A program made the translations under genes and the position numbers. A stretch of DNA of 59,106 bases, counting the filler. It is 4 parts of 4 records of this genome, joined end to end, with 100 filler letters (N's around TTAATTAATTAA, not from the genome) between each part and the next. Parts side by side here need not be neighbours in the genome. Positions count along the whole stretch, not along the records: positions 15,673 to 30,070 come from DRR378314_2209; 3 more parts are not named here. One strand, written 5' to 3'. Shown piece after piece: positions 18,110-28,483 of the stretch; within the stretch, counting starts at the first letter, position 1; the number at the start of each line of letters is the position of its first letter. The notes under the pieces are model-generated. The model was given only the letters and a program-made list of their open reading frames with translations, ran no database searches and was not told the DNA's origin.

Positions 18110-20848
18110 TTAAGGGGTTAACCACATTGAGGCAAACTCATCGGCGGGTAGCGGACGACCAAACCAGTACCCCTGAGCTTCGCTGCAGCCCATTTGTGCG
18201 AGCAAATCGGCCTGGGCAGGGCTTTCAACGCCTTCTGCAAGGGTTTTCATATCAAGCGTGTCAGCCATAGCGATAATGGTTTGCACAATCGCCCGATCAT
18301 GGTGGTTATCGAGCATGTCACGCACAAACGAAATGTCTATTTTTAACGCGTCCGCAGCAAAGCGCCGTAAATACGAGAGCGATGAGTAACCCGTACCGAA
18401 GTCATCAATAAACAGCGCGTAGCCAGCCTGACGCATAGCCTGAGTAATTGTGACCGCCTGATCGGGATCACGCATAAAATCACTTTCAGTCAGTTCAAGC
18501 GCAATGGTGCCTGGAGGTACACAGGCGGTTAGCTTAGCCACATGTGCGGTTAGCTGAGGGTCGGCAAATTGTTGCGCTGAAATATTGATTGAGAGCCTAC
18601 CTGGCAGTGGCGTATTACCGGCCTGCCAAACACTTAACTGACGTGCCGCTTCTTCTAGCACCCAGTCTCCCAGCATGCAGATCAAGCCACGCTCTTCCGC
18701 CAAAGCAATAAACTCACTAGGGCTTACCCAGCCCCACTCAGGGTCAAACCAGCGGCACAACGCCTCAGCCCCCGTCAATGTTTTGTTCGTAAGACTGAAC
18801 TGCGGCTGAAAATAAAGCTGTAAGCGCCGCTCAGTAATGGCTTGATGCAGGCGCTCGGTCATCCATTGGCGACGCTCCAGCGTTTGACGCATCACTTGTG
18901 TATAGGGGCATACGCTATTATCACGGCGTTTTGCGTGATGGAGTGCGATACTGGCTGCGTTAAACAGCTCACCGGCCTCCGCTACATCGCTTGGATAGCT
19001 AGCAATCCCGATACTGACATCGAGATTAAAAAGACGATGCCCCAGCTGGATAGGGCGTTTGATAAGTTCGCATAACTGAAACACCACTTCTTGAAGGCGA
19101 ATATCCTCAATGCTGGGCAACAGTACGGTAAATTCATCACCGGAAAGCCGTGCGACAGCGCTTTTAGATAGGCTAGCTTGCCGTAAGCGCTCAGCTACGG
19201 TTGCGAGTAACTGATCTCCTACCTCGTGGCCATGTAAATCATTCACCTCTTTAAAGCGCCGGATATCCAGCAGCAGCAGTGAAAGAGAGTCACCCTGACT
19301 AGATGCCTCTTTTCCCATACTGGCCAATAGCTCCATAAAGCGCGCACGATTAGGCAATCCTGTTGTGCTGTCTGTGTAGGCAAGACGTTGCATATGACGA
19401 TGATCACGGCGACGTTCAAGCTCACCGGCAGCACCCGTAGAGAGAATTTTCAACACGGAAGTTGCAAACGCATTGGTCGTCAGTGGTGTTTGATAAAACA
19501 CCATCATCACACCAATGGCATCGCCCTTAGCATTATCCAAGCGGCGGCCTATCCACGCCTGGGTACTTAACGAGGTTCCCGGCAGCGTAAACGCATGGCC
19601 ACTTTGAACAACGCTTTCGCCTTCAAACACGACTCGTTCAGCAGGCGTTCCCTGCAGCATAAACGTTTGGTTATCTATTAACTGGCCATTCGCGACTAAA
19701 CTAACGGTCTGGGCTGCTGTTGCGGGTAGCACCGCGTTTATCTTATTCGATGCTCTCAAAGGCTGTGGAACGGGTTGATCCAGTAACGCGATAAATCCAG
19801 CATCTGCTTCTAATAACGTGGCTAACGTGATGATCAACTGGTGGAAGTAATCGTCTCCTACGCGTGAGGTAACTGTAGAGGCTACTTGTACCACCGCATC
19901 CTGCACGCGTTGTGATTCGTGCTGGTCGGTCACATCTGAGATAAAGCCCTCGAGATAGGCCACATGGCCATCATCATCGATAACAGCTTGCCCTTGCTCC
20001 CACATCCAACGGTAACTGCCGTCCCGATGGCGCAATCGGTACACCACACGATACGGCTGACGCTGCTGGATTGCCTGTTGTGCGACTAGATGAACGCGAT
20101 CTTGATCGGCTTCGTGTATGAGGGAGGCAAAACTGATGAGTCGATTATCTTGTAATTCGTCCGGATGATAGCCCGTGAGCGCCTCAGCCCCTTGGCTAAC
20201 CAACTGCATCGTCCAGTGTTGATCATTTAGGCAACGGTAGGCCATGCCAGGAAGGTGATTAAGCAATGTGTTTAAACGCCGCTCACTCTCTCGGGCCAAT
20301 TCTTCACTTTGACGAAGTGCTTGCTCGGCTTGGCAGCGGCCAAGCTCGGCTCCCGCTTGAGCGGCCACAATGCGCAAGATTTCGTTTTCAAGCCCATCGA
20401 GCTGCATCGGTTTATTGCTTAACACCGCCAAGATGCCAATGGCCGAGCCATCGGATGAAAACAGAGGCAGTCCCATGTAACTCTCTGCACTCAGTTGGCT
20501 GAGCAGCTCGTCTTTAGGAAAGCGCGCCTGAACATCGCAGGCATACAAGCAAGGTTCTCTACCTACAACCGTTTCACAAGGCGTTCCCATAAGAGGATAA
20601 GCGATATTTTCCTGATGATCGTTATTTGACCAAACGGCCAATGTTGTAGCCATATGCGCCTCGGTGACCACAGCGATCAACGCATGATCAATCCCAAGCA
20701 GTTGGGCAAGTTGCTCGACAAGCGTCGTATAAAAGTCAGGTCTTCCGCTACGCCCTAAACCTTCCGCCAACTGACGGAAAATCTCCGACGCTTCGTTTCT
20801 GGTGTGCATTGGCGCACTCACTTTTGTCATCGTAGAGCAGCTGCCCAC
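18110..20848 (-). CDS. GAF-PAS-GAF-GGDEF-EAL c-di-GMP enzyme
   Basis: GTPCETV and YMGLPL (GAF), YRLRHRDGSYRW (PAS), SGDEF, EAL.RW, DDFGTGYSSL; exact start uncertain. Confidence 0.9.
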   Translation of the reverse strand: MGSCSTMTKVSAPMHTRNEASEIFRQLAEGLGRSGRPDFYTTLVEQLAQLLGIDHALIAVVTEAHMATTLAVWSNNDHQENIAYPLMGTPCETVVGREPCLYACDVQARFPKDELLSQLSAESYMGLPLFSSDGSAIGILAVLSNKPMQLDGLENEILRIVAAQAGAELGRCQAEQALRQSEELARESERRLNTLLNHLPGMAYRCLNDQHWTMQLVSQGAEALTGYHPDELQDNRLISFASLIHEADQDRVHLVAQQAIQQRQPYRVVYRLRHRDGSYRWMWEQGQAVIDDDGHVAYLEGFISDVTDQHESQRVQDAVVQVASTVTSRVGDDYFHQLIITLATLLEADAGFIALLDQPVPQPLRASNKINAVLPATAAQTVSLVANGQLIDNQTFMLQGTPAERVVFEGESVVQSGHAFTLPGTSLSTQAWIGRRLDNAKGDAIGVMMVFYQTPLTTNAFATSVLKILSTGAAGELERRRDHRHMQRLAYTDSTTGLPNRARFMELLASMGKEASSQGDSLSLLLLDIRRFKEVNDLHGHEVGDQLLATVAERLRQASLSKSAVARLSGDEFTVLLPSIEDIRLQEVVFQLCELIKRPIQLGHRLFNLDVSIGIASYPSDVAEAGELFNAASIALHHAKRRDNSVCPYTQVMRQTLERRQWMTERLHQAITERRLQLYFQPQFSLTNKTLTGAEALCRWFDPEWGWVSPSEFIALAEERGLICMLGDWVLEEAARQLSVWQAGNTPLPGRLSINISAQQFADPQLTAHVAKLTACVPPGTIALELTESDFMRDPDQAVTITQAMRQAGYALFIDDFGTGYSSLSYLRRFAADALKIDISFVRDMLDNHHDRAIVQTIIAMADTLDMKTLAEGVESPAQADLLAQMGCSEAQGYWFGRPLPADEFASMWLTP

Positions 20849-21000
20849 AGAGCACTGTTATAATAAGCTGTTGCAATAAAATGCAGCGGGCTACAGCATA
20901 AACAGTTATTTTACTGATTTACCATGCCTATCTATGACTCTGCTAACACACGCAGACGCTATAATTGATTATTTAGCACATAACTTAGTGGCTGCTCGCT

Positions 21001-22560
21001 ATGCTGGACAGCACGTTGAGGGATAATATGACGAGCCGTTTAGCGGAAGACGAAACACTTTATACTTCGCTCACTAGCGAGCTTCCCAGTTTTCTTGGTA
21101 ATGCGTTATTACGCTCGGCTAGCCTACCTTCGCTTCCTGCTATTGCCATGCAAGTGCTTGATATCGCACGCTCCCCCCGAGCTTCTCTGAGTGACTATGC
21201 GCGCGTTATTGAACGCGACCCAGGGTTAACGGCGCGCCTTATTGCGGCCGCGAATAGCGTGCACTACCTGCGTTCAGCTCATCCTGCACAAACCAGTTTG
21301 GAAGCCACCCAGCGACTGGGATTAGACGCAACGCTCGCCACCATATTGAGCTTCACTCTGTTTCCCTGGCCACCTACAGAGAACGCGGCTCTGCAAACAT
21401 GGCGACGCGCCATTGTTGCCGCCGTGGTAGCAAGCAAGCTGGCTCACCAACTCTGCCCCGCACAGGTTGGCAGCGCATTCACGCTTGCCCTACTGCAAGA
21501 TATAGGCATTTTGGCGATCCTCTCCACCTACCCAGACGAGGCCGAGGCACTATACGCTGAACGCAGAATGTCTCACGCACAGTTGGTCAACGCTGAACGC
21601 CGCCACTTTGGCAGTGACCATACACTGATTGGTGCTTGGTTAGCCGCCAAGTGGGGGCTACCGTCCTCGATCGTGCATGCTATTGACCAAAGCCATGACG
21701 GTTTTTTAACCGATGACATGGCAACACTCTGCCTGCGTTTATCCGGCCCAATCGCCGATGCATGGCTCAGCCCTGAACCAAGCACCACCTTAGCAATGTT
21801 GCTTAGGCAGTTAGCGGTCACAGAAACACTGCCTACGAATGTCATTGAAGCGCTTTTCCATCGCTTGTCAGAACAAATTGATTTATTAACAGATATTTTG
21901 GATCTCACCGTACCCGCGCCTGTGGATAGCCAAACACTGCTGGCGGACGCACAACAGTTGCTCTATCAACACTCTTTGACGCTCACCGCACGATTAGATG
22001 CTCAGCAACAGCAGTTGGATACACTACAGCTACATAATTCTGCATTAGAAGAACGCAGCCGTATTGACCCACTCACTCAATTGGCTAACCGTGCGTGGTT
22101 AGAGCAGCAACTCCAGGAACGTTTTGCGCTTTGCAATGAGCAAGGCCGCACAATGTCAGTGGTGTTTATCGATTTAGATCATTTCAAAGTGCTTAACGAC
22201 CAATATGGCCACCAGGCAGGCGACTTAATTTTGGAACGTTTTGGTAAAACGCTCGCGTCATTAACTCGCTCAGGCGACTTGGCTGGGCGCTATGGCGGTG
22301 AAGAGTTTTTAATTATATTGCCCGATGAGACCGCTCAAACTGCGAGACAGTTAGCCGAACGCATTGCGCTGCATTTAAATGAGCAACCGATGTTGGAAAT
22401 TGACCAAGAAGCACTGTATATCACTGCCTCTATGGGCATTGCGTGTTTAAGCGATGGCAACTTCAGTAATGAGCGGGAGCTGATAGATGCCGCCGACCAG
22501 AGCATGTATTTCATCAAACGCTCTGGCCGCCGGGGCATCTCCATTCATGGCCAAGATTAA
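21001..22560 (+). CDS. HDOD-GGDEF diguanylate cyclase
   Basis: LPSLP, DPGLTARLI..ANS, LLQDIG, H..IGAWLAAKWGLP; DPLT, RSGD I-site, GGEEF. Confidence 0.9.
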   Translation: MLDSTLRDNMTSRLAEDETLYTSLTSELPSFLGNALLRSASLPSLPAIAMQVLDIARSPRASLSDYARVIERDPGLTARLIAAANSVHYLRSAHPAQTSLEATQRLGLDATLATILSFTLFPWPPTENAALQTWRRAIVAAVVASKLAHQLCPAQVGSAFTLALLQDIGILAILSTYPDEAEALYAERRMSHAQLVNAERRHFGSDHTLIGAWLAAKWGLPSSIVHAIDQSHDGFLTDDMATLCLRLSGPIADAWLSPEPSTTLAMLLRQLAVTETLPTNVIEALFHRLSEQIDLLTDILDLTVPAPVDSQTLLADAQQLLYQHSLTLTARLDAQQQQLDTLQLHNSALEERSRIDPLTQLANRAWLEQQLQERFALCNEQGRTMSVVFIDLDHFKVLNDQYGHQAGDLILERFGKTLASLTRSGDLAGRYGGEEFLIILPDETAQTARQLAERIALHLNEQPMLEIDQEALYITASMGIACLSDGNFSNERELIDAADQSMYFIKRSGRRGISIHGQD

Positions 22561-22574
22561 CCGTTAGTCGTCTA

Positions 22575-23879
22575 CTATCTGTTCAGTGCCTGGGGCAGGT
22601 ACAAGGCGATTTCAGGGAAGAGATGCATAAAAGCAATCGCCAGCAGCATCAGCAGAAAGAATGGCAGTGTGGCTTTCGTGATGGTGACAATATCTTTACC
22701 GGTGAGCCCTTGAATGACAAATAGGTTAAAACCCACTGGCGGTGTAATTTGCGACATCTCAACCACAATCACCAGATAGATACCAAACCAGATCAGATCA
22801 AATCCAGCGGCGCTAACCACGGGCATAATAATGGCTGTGACTAGCAGAATCAGTGAAATACCATCCAAAAAACAGCCCATGATCAACAGCAGCACCGTTA
22901 AGGCCACTAGCAGCATCGTGGGGGATAGCCCCATTTCACCGATCGTGCGAGCTAACTGCATTGGTACCTGAGTAAAGCCCATCGCAGAGGTCAGAAATGA
23001 CGCGCCAGCAATAATAAAAGCAATCATGCACGCGGTACGTACTGCGGCAAATAACGAGCTGGTAAAAATGTCTCGATTAAAGTGGCCATTAAAATGCGCA
23101 ATGACCATCGACAGCACAACGCCTACCGCGGCAGCTTCTGTTGGTGATGCTAGGCCGCCATAAATCGATACGATAATACCGCCAATCAGCAGCAGAATTG
23201 GCACCAGCGACCAGGTATTGCGTAGCTTCTCAACAAAGCTCATGCCCGACTCATCAGCACCAGTTAACCCGTTTCGGTTACCTTTCAACAGTGCCCACAG
23301 CACCAGATAAGTCATAAACATGGCTAAGATCATCAGCCCCGGCCCAATGCCTGCCATGAATAGCCGAGTAATGGACTGCTCAGTCACTACGCCATAAACA
23401 ATCAGCACGATGGAAGGCGGAATCAGCAAACCTAGCGTTGAAGCGCTGGCCAATGTACCAATCGCCATGTTGCTGTCATAGCCGCGTCGCTCAAGTTCCG
23501 GCAGGGTCATTTTCCCCACCGTGGCACAGGTCGCCGCTGAAGAGCCACATACGGCGGCAAACATGCCGCTGCCAATGATATTGGTGTGAAGTAAACGTCC
23601 TGGCAGGCGATTTAACCAGGGCGACAAGCCACGAAACATATTGTCGGCAAGACCTGAGCGAAACAGAATCTCCCCCATCCAGATAAACATCGGCAACGCC
23701 GTTAAATCCCAGCCATAGCTTGCACCCCAAAAATCCGAGGCAAGAATAGGGCCGGGGTCGAAGGGACTAAAAAACTGAAGGGCAACCCAAGCAGTGCCAA
23801 TCAGAGCAAAGGCAATCCAGACGCCACTGCCTAACAGCACCACAAGGGTAAAGATGGTAGCCAAACTAAGTAATAGCAC
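22575..23879 (-). CDS. dctM: TRAP transporter large permease
   Basis: GSSAAT, LGLLIPPSI, PTEAAA, ITPPVGFNLFV. Confidence 0.93.
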   Translation of the reverse strand: MLLLSLATIFTLVVLLGSGVWIAFALIGTAWVALQFFSPFDPGPILASDFWGASYGWDLTALPMFIWMGEILFRSGLADNMFRGLSPWLNRLPGRLLHTNIIGSGMFAAVCGSSAATCATVGKMTLPELERRGYDSNMAIGTLASASTLGLLIPPSIVLIVYGVVTEQSITRLFMAGIGPGLMILAMFMTYLVLWALLKGNRNGLTGADESGMSFVEKLRNTWSLVPILLLIGGIIVSIYGGLASPTEAAAVGVVLSMVIAHFNGHFNRDIFTSSLFAAVRTACMIAFIIAGASFLTSAMGFTQVPMQLARTIGEMGLSPTMLLVALTVLLLIMGCFLDGISLILLVTAIIMPVVSAAGFDLIWFGIYLVIVVEMSQITPPVGFNLFVIQGLTGKDIVTITKATLPFFLLMLLAIAFMHLFPEIALYLPQALNR

Positions 23880-23902
23880 GAGGGTGTCTCCTGGGTAGCG
23901 TC

Positions 23903-24466
23903 TTAATGCGCTTCGTTGTCGTCGATGGCGGTTGCTTCACGGAAGCTCGCAGGGTCGTGGATAGCGATACGCAGCGCTATCCACAAGGCTTCCAGAAGTG
24001 CCAATGCCAAGAGCCCTACTCCAATGACTAATACCGATTGCGGTATCCACAAGGGAATCGATAAAAAGCCCGACGATACATCGTTATATTGAAGGCTCTC
24101 TCTTGCTAGCCCAATCAAGCCATAAGCCAGCAACAGGCTGATCACTACCGCAATGAGTAACCCAAACACCTCAAACCAGACGCGTATGGCTGAGGGTAGT
24201 CGCGAGATAAGCAGCGTCACCCGAATATGCGCATGGTGAACAAAGGTGTAGGCAAGCCCAAGAAACGTTGCCCCGACTAACAGATAAGACGCCATCTCAG
24301 AAACGCCGGTGATGCTCACGCCGAGCCGGCTAAGGCCAACCAAAACAAGCAGCGCATCTACTAACCGAAACGTGACCTGCAGTGCGATAAGTGCACAAAT
24401 AGCCACCATACACGCAGCAGCACCCCAAGCACCGAGGCGGTAGAGTTTGTCGAATTTAAACATCAT
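23903..24466 (-). CDS. dctQ: TRAP transporter small permease
   Basis: 4 TM segments, HIRVTL, IPLWIPQ; start reassigned to 24466. Confidence 0.88.
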   Translation of the reverse strand: MMFKFDKLYRLGAWGAAACMVAICALIALQVTFRLVDALLVLVGLSRLGVSITGVSEMASYLLVGATFLGLAYTFVHHAHIRVTLLISRLPSAIRVWFEVFGLLIAVVISLLLAYGLIGLARESLQYNDVSSGFLSIPLWIPQSVLVIGVGLLALALLEALWIALRIAIHDPASFREATAIDDNEAH

Positions 24467-24545
24467 GTTCGCAGTCTCATTGAGCGCGTGGGTGGTAAGG
24501 GCGGCACAAACAGCCGCCCTTAAAGCCAGCATTAGTTGTTAAGAC

Positions 24546-25529
24546 TCAGTTACCGCGTTGTTCGCGATAGCTCTCTAAGGCTTGTTTTGCGTCATCGTCA
24601 GCGCGGGATTCCCAGTCGGCAAACAGCTCATCGCCCGCCGCTTGCAGAGCAGCAGAAACCGTCTCGTTAGGCTGAGAAACTGAGATGCCATTTTCCTTCA
24701 GCGCCTCCAAGCTAGTTTCATTGTTCTCGCGGCTCATTTGCCAGCCACGCTCTTCAGCCCTAGCAGCCGCTTCCATCAGCGCGTCTTGGGTAGCTTCATC
24801 TAAACGATCAAAGCTGCGCTGACTCATAAACACAATATTCTTAGGCAGCCACAAGTTGGCATCGGTGTAGTCGGTCACATAGTCCCAGGCTGCCATAGAG
24901 TTACCGGTAGAACTGGACGTAATCATGGCATCCACACGACCGGTGCTAAACGCGGTAGGAATATCAGACTCTTCGGTTTCTGTCGGGCTGCCACCTAAAT
25001 TATCAACGAAACGCTGAGTATTAATATTTGGCGCACGCACCCGCAAGCCGTCGAACTGATCGGGATCGGTTAGCGGCGCAGAGGTATAAATGCCCTGCGC
25101 TGGCCAAGCGACAGCATACAAAGGCACCATTCCTTCATAGGCAAACAGCTCAGTAATCATCGGCTTAGTGGCTTCCCACAAGGCATAGGCATCTTCATAG
25201 CTACCGGCTACCCCCGGCAGCGTATCCACTTCGAAAATAGGGTCATCGTTGGAAAGAATGGAGAGGAACACTTCGCCAGCATCAATCGTGCCACGGCGCA
25301 CCGACGGCTTAATTTCACCATGTGAGACCAGAGAACCACCGCTGTGCACCGTAATGGTTAAGTCACCGTTTGTGGCCTCAGCCACATCCTCTGCAAACTG
25401 TTTATTGTTCTGGGTATGGAAGCTTGCATCACCATAAGGCGTTGCCATGGTCCATTCAGCCGCATGGGCCGTGGCAGCCAAGCTACAGATAGTGGCTAGG
25501 GCAAGGGGAGTAAAAATGCAGTTACGCAT
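24546..25529 (-). CDS. dctP: TRAP substrate-binding protein, resembling pyroglutamate-binding DctP6/DctP7
   Basis: Signal peptide; WTM..., TQN..QFAEDV, GEV.LS.L.N.DPIFEVD, WPAQGIYT, AFSTG.VDAMITS..TG...AWDYV. Confidence 0.88.
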   Translation of the reverse strand: MRNCIFTPLALATICSLAATAHAAEWTMATPYGDASFHTQNNKQFAEDVAEATNGDLTITVHSGGSLVSHGEIKPSVRRGTIDAGEVFLSILSNDDPIFEVDTLPGVAGSYEDAYALWEATKPMITELFAYEGMVPLYAVAWPAQGIYTSAPLTDPDQFDGLRVRAPNINTQRFVDNLGGSPTETEESDIPTAFSTGRVDAMITSSSTGNSMAAWDYVTDYTDANLWLPKNIVFMSQRSFDRLDEATQDALMEAAARAEERGWQMSRENNETSLEALKENGISVSQPNETVSAALQAAGDELFADWESRADDDAKQALESYREQRGN

Positions 25530-25580
25530 AGGAGCATTCCTCTTATTTGTAATATTCGTGGAGGCTCACTTAGATTTAGC

Positions 25581-25603
25581 AGAAGTAATGGCGCATTACT
25601 TCT
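25581..25603. promoter_or_regulatory. Perfect 10-bp inverted repeat upstream of dctP
   Basis: AGAAGTAATG-GCG-CATTACTTCT. Confidence 0.55.
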
Positions 25604-25834
25604 ACATTTTCTATAAGCCACATCACAACATAGCTCATATGCGTTCAAGGCAGATAGAAGCCGCTTTTTTGTTTCAAGCATTACGTCACTGAAAAATCGT
25701 GCAAATTAAAGCTGTGCATTAGAACTTGCAGAACAACTTAGAGATCTTCGAATTTCATAGGCTCCTTAATCGTTTAGTCACTGCATCCTTTTTACAGGCT
25801 AACACTCCGTTCGTTGCATCAAAGCTGACACTTT

Positions 25835-26365
25835 TTAAAGAGAAGCTGCTGCCCGTGCTGCCTGGTCATACAGGCCTGACATTGCACGTAAAATCCCCGC
25901 CACTTTACTAATTTCTGCACGTTCTATACCCATCGATGTAAGCGAATCAATTAGACAGGCTTCACGGATTTCGGCATAACGGCTACAGGCATTTCGTCCT
26001 TGTTCAGTAGTACAAAAATAAGTTTCCTTACCTTGTTTTTCACCTTTAACGAGATTGAGTTTAACTAACTTCCTCAACGCATACGTAACAGTATGAGTGT
26101 CTTCTACATTTAGCACGAGGCATATATCAGCTTGACGCTTTGCACGCTCACGGTGGCTGACACTATGCAGAACCAGCACATCCAACGTCCCCAATTCTGG
26201 ATAGCCAGTAGCGGTCATACAACGCACCATCCAGCGATTGAAGGCATGGCTCGAGATGATCAAACCGAATTCAAGTTCAGATAACTCTTTCGCCTTGTGT
26301 GATAAGTGCTCCGACGAAACAATCGGCCCACGCCCACCCGCTACCATTTGGTCTACATCTATCAT
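25835..26365 (-). CDS. MarR-like winged-helix regulator
   Basis: PIVSS.HL, ELSELEFGLI, AFNRWMVRCM, LNVEDTHTVTYALRKL, SGLYDQAARAAASL. Confidence 0.85.
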   Translation of the reverse strand: MIDVDQMVAGGRGPIVSSEHLSHKAKELSELEFGLIISSHAFNRWMVRCMTATGYPELGTLDVLVLHSVSHRERAKRQADICLVLNVEDTHTVTYALRKLVKLNLVKGEKQGKETYFCTTEQGRNACSRYAEIREACLIDSLTSMGIERAEISKVAGILRAMSGLYDQAARAAASL

Positions 26366-26584
26366 TAATACCTACCTATTTATTTTGCATTGTTAATCTA
26401 TATTAGCAGAGCGGACGCCCACTAATTGAACCATATTCCGCGGTTTTAGGAGCGGCTAGCAACTCGTTTTCGATATCAAAGGTTCTTCTACCATTAAGAA
26501 AAGAGGGTAAATCGTACAATTGACACGTGAACACTATGCAGATAATTTACAGATAAATCATATAAAAAATATAGGTATATTACT

Positions 26585-28438
26585 GTGCCTCATCATGATC
26601 ATCCTCCCCTACTGTCCGTTCAATCGCTGGATATTGCCTTTGGTTCCAACCGTGTCGTCAAAGACCTTTCGTTTGACCTATACGCTGGCCAGACGCTGGC
26701 AATTGTAGGCGAGTCGGGATCAGGAAAATCCATGACCTCGCTGGCCACGATGGGCTTAGTTCACTATTTGAATGCCACCATCGCCAAGGGCAATATCCTG
26801 TTTCGCCGTAGCCCAGACAGTAAACCGATTGATTTAACGCAACTTTCTGATAAGGAAATGCGTAAAATTCGTGGCAAAGAGATCTCAATGATCTTTCAGG
26901 AGCCGATGACGTCGCTGAACCCGGTCTACACCATTGGCGATCAAATCACCGAGGTACTGCTGCTGCATGGCGATTACACCCGAGCCACCGCCAGAGAAGA
27001 GGCATTAAGGCTGCTACGCATTGTGCGTTTAGCTGATGCAGAGTCCCTACTCAAGCGCTACCCTCACCAACTCTCCGGCGGTATGCGTCAGCGGGTAATG
27101 ATCGCGATGGCACTTGCCTGTAAGCCCAAGGTACTGGTTGCTGACGAACCCACCACTGCGCTGGATGTCACCATCCAGGCTCAAATCCTGGCTATCATCC
27201 GCGACCTCCAAAAGGAGCTGGGGATGGCGGTTATCTTTATCACCCATGATATGGGCGTAGTCGCAGAGGTGGCCGACCACGTTGTCGTGATGCGTAATGG
27301 TGAGAAGGTCGAAGAAGCGGACGTCAGCACCCTCTTTGCGTCCCCCCAGGCTCCTTATACTCAAGCACTGCTGGCTGCTGTTCCAACATTGGGCAGCATG
27401 CAAGGTCAAACTCTGCCACGTGCCGAGCCACTGGTTATTTTTGACGGCAATAAAATCATCACTCAAGGCGAGCCGACGGTACAGGATACCGTTCGCACTC
27501 AGGAAACGCCGGTGGTAAGCGTCAAGAACTTGGTAACGCGTTTCGATATCAACAAAGGTTTTTTTGGCGGCGTCAGCCACCGCGTCCACGCAGTAGAGAG
27601 CGTGAGCTTTGATATTTTCCCTGGCGAAACGCTGGCATTGGTCGGAGAGTCAGGTTCCGGAAAATCTACCATTGGCCGCACCATTCAGCAGTTGCAGGAG
27701 AGCACCAGCGGCGACATCGTCTTTTCCGGCAAAGCTGTTACGGAAATGTCACGCAGCGAGAAAATGATGCTACGCCAACAGGTGCAGTACATTTTCCAAG
27801 ATCCCTTTGCTTCACTAGACCCGCGTAAGACCGTAGGTTTTTCTATTGCTGAGCCTATTCATACCCACCGATTGATGAGCGATCGAAAAAGCATCCAACT
27901 GCGAGTTAACGAGCTGTTAGAGCGTGTTGGTCTTCAACCAGAACATGCTAATCGCTACCCGCATGAGTTTTCAGGTGGCCAGCGGCAGCGTGTTTGTATC
28001 GCTCGGGCTCTGGCCTCGAAACCCAAGTTGATTATTGCCGATGAAGCGCTTTCAGCACTGGATGTCTCGATTCAGGCGCAAATTATTCATCTGATGATGC
28101 AGTTACAGCGCGAAGAGGGACTCGCGTACCTCTTCATCAGCCATGATATGGCTGTGGTTGAAAAAATGAGTCATCGCGTCGCGGTGCTGCATCTGGGACA
28201 GATTGTTGAGATGGGACCACGCCAGCGAGTATTTGACTCCCCTCAGCACACCTACACTCAGAAACTACTTTCTGCCGTACCAGTGGCTGACCCTCACTAC
28301 CGTCGCGAACACCTACTGCTGGAGGGAGATATCCCAAGTCCTATTCGTAAGGTAGGGGATGAGCCAACGGTGTTCTCCTTAGACGAAATAGAAGCTGGTC
28401 ATTTCGTCTCACGTGGCGGCGCTTCGCACTGCCTGTAG
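26585..28438 (+). CDS. Fused double-domain peptide ABC ATPase, GsiA-like
   Basis: Two GESGSGKS Walker A motifs and two signature motifs; linker ALLAAVP.LGSM and V.NLVTRF..VHAVE.VSF resemble E. coli GsiA. Confidence 0.88.
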   Translation: MPHHDHPPLLSVQSLDIAFGSNRVVKDLSFDLYAGQTLAIVGESGSGKSMTSLATMGLVHYLNATIAKGNILFRRSPDSKPIDLTQLSDKEMRKIRGKEISMIFQEPMTSLNPVYTIGDQITEVLLLHGDYTRATAREEALRLLRIVRLADAESLLKRYPHQLSGGMRQRVMIAMALACKPKVLVADEPTTALDVTIQAQILAIIRDLQKELGMAVIFITHDMGVVAEVADHVVVMRNGEKVEEADVSTLFASPQAPYTQALLAAVPTLGSMQGQTLPRAEPLVIFDGNKIITQGEPTVQDTVRTQETPVVSVKNLVTRFDINKGFFGGVSHRVHAVESVSFDIFPGETLALVGESGSGKSTIGRTIQQLQESTSGDIVFSGKAVTEMSRSEKMMLRQQVQYIFQDPFASLDPRKTVGFSIAEPIHTHRLMSDRKSIQLRVNELLERVGLQPEHANRYPHEFSGGQRQRVCIARALASKPKLIIADEALSALDVSIQAQIIHLMMQLQREEGLAYLFISHDMAVVEKMSHRVAVLHLGQIVEMGPRQRVFDSPQHTYTQKLLSAVPVADPHYRREHLLLEGDIPSPIRKVGDEPTVFSLDEIEAGHFVSRGGASHCL

Positions 28439-28483
28439 TCATCCGCAGTAAACATCAACAATAAGCTTTTGGAGAACTGTAAA

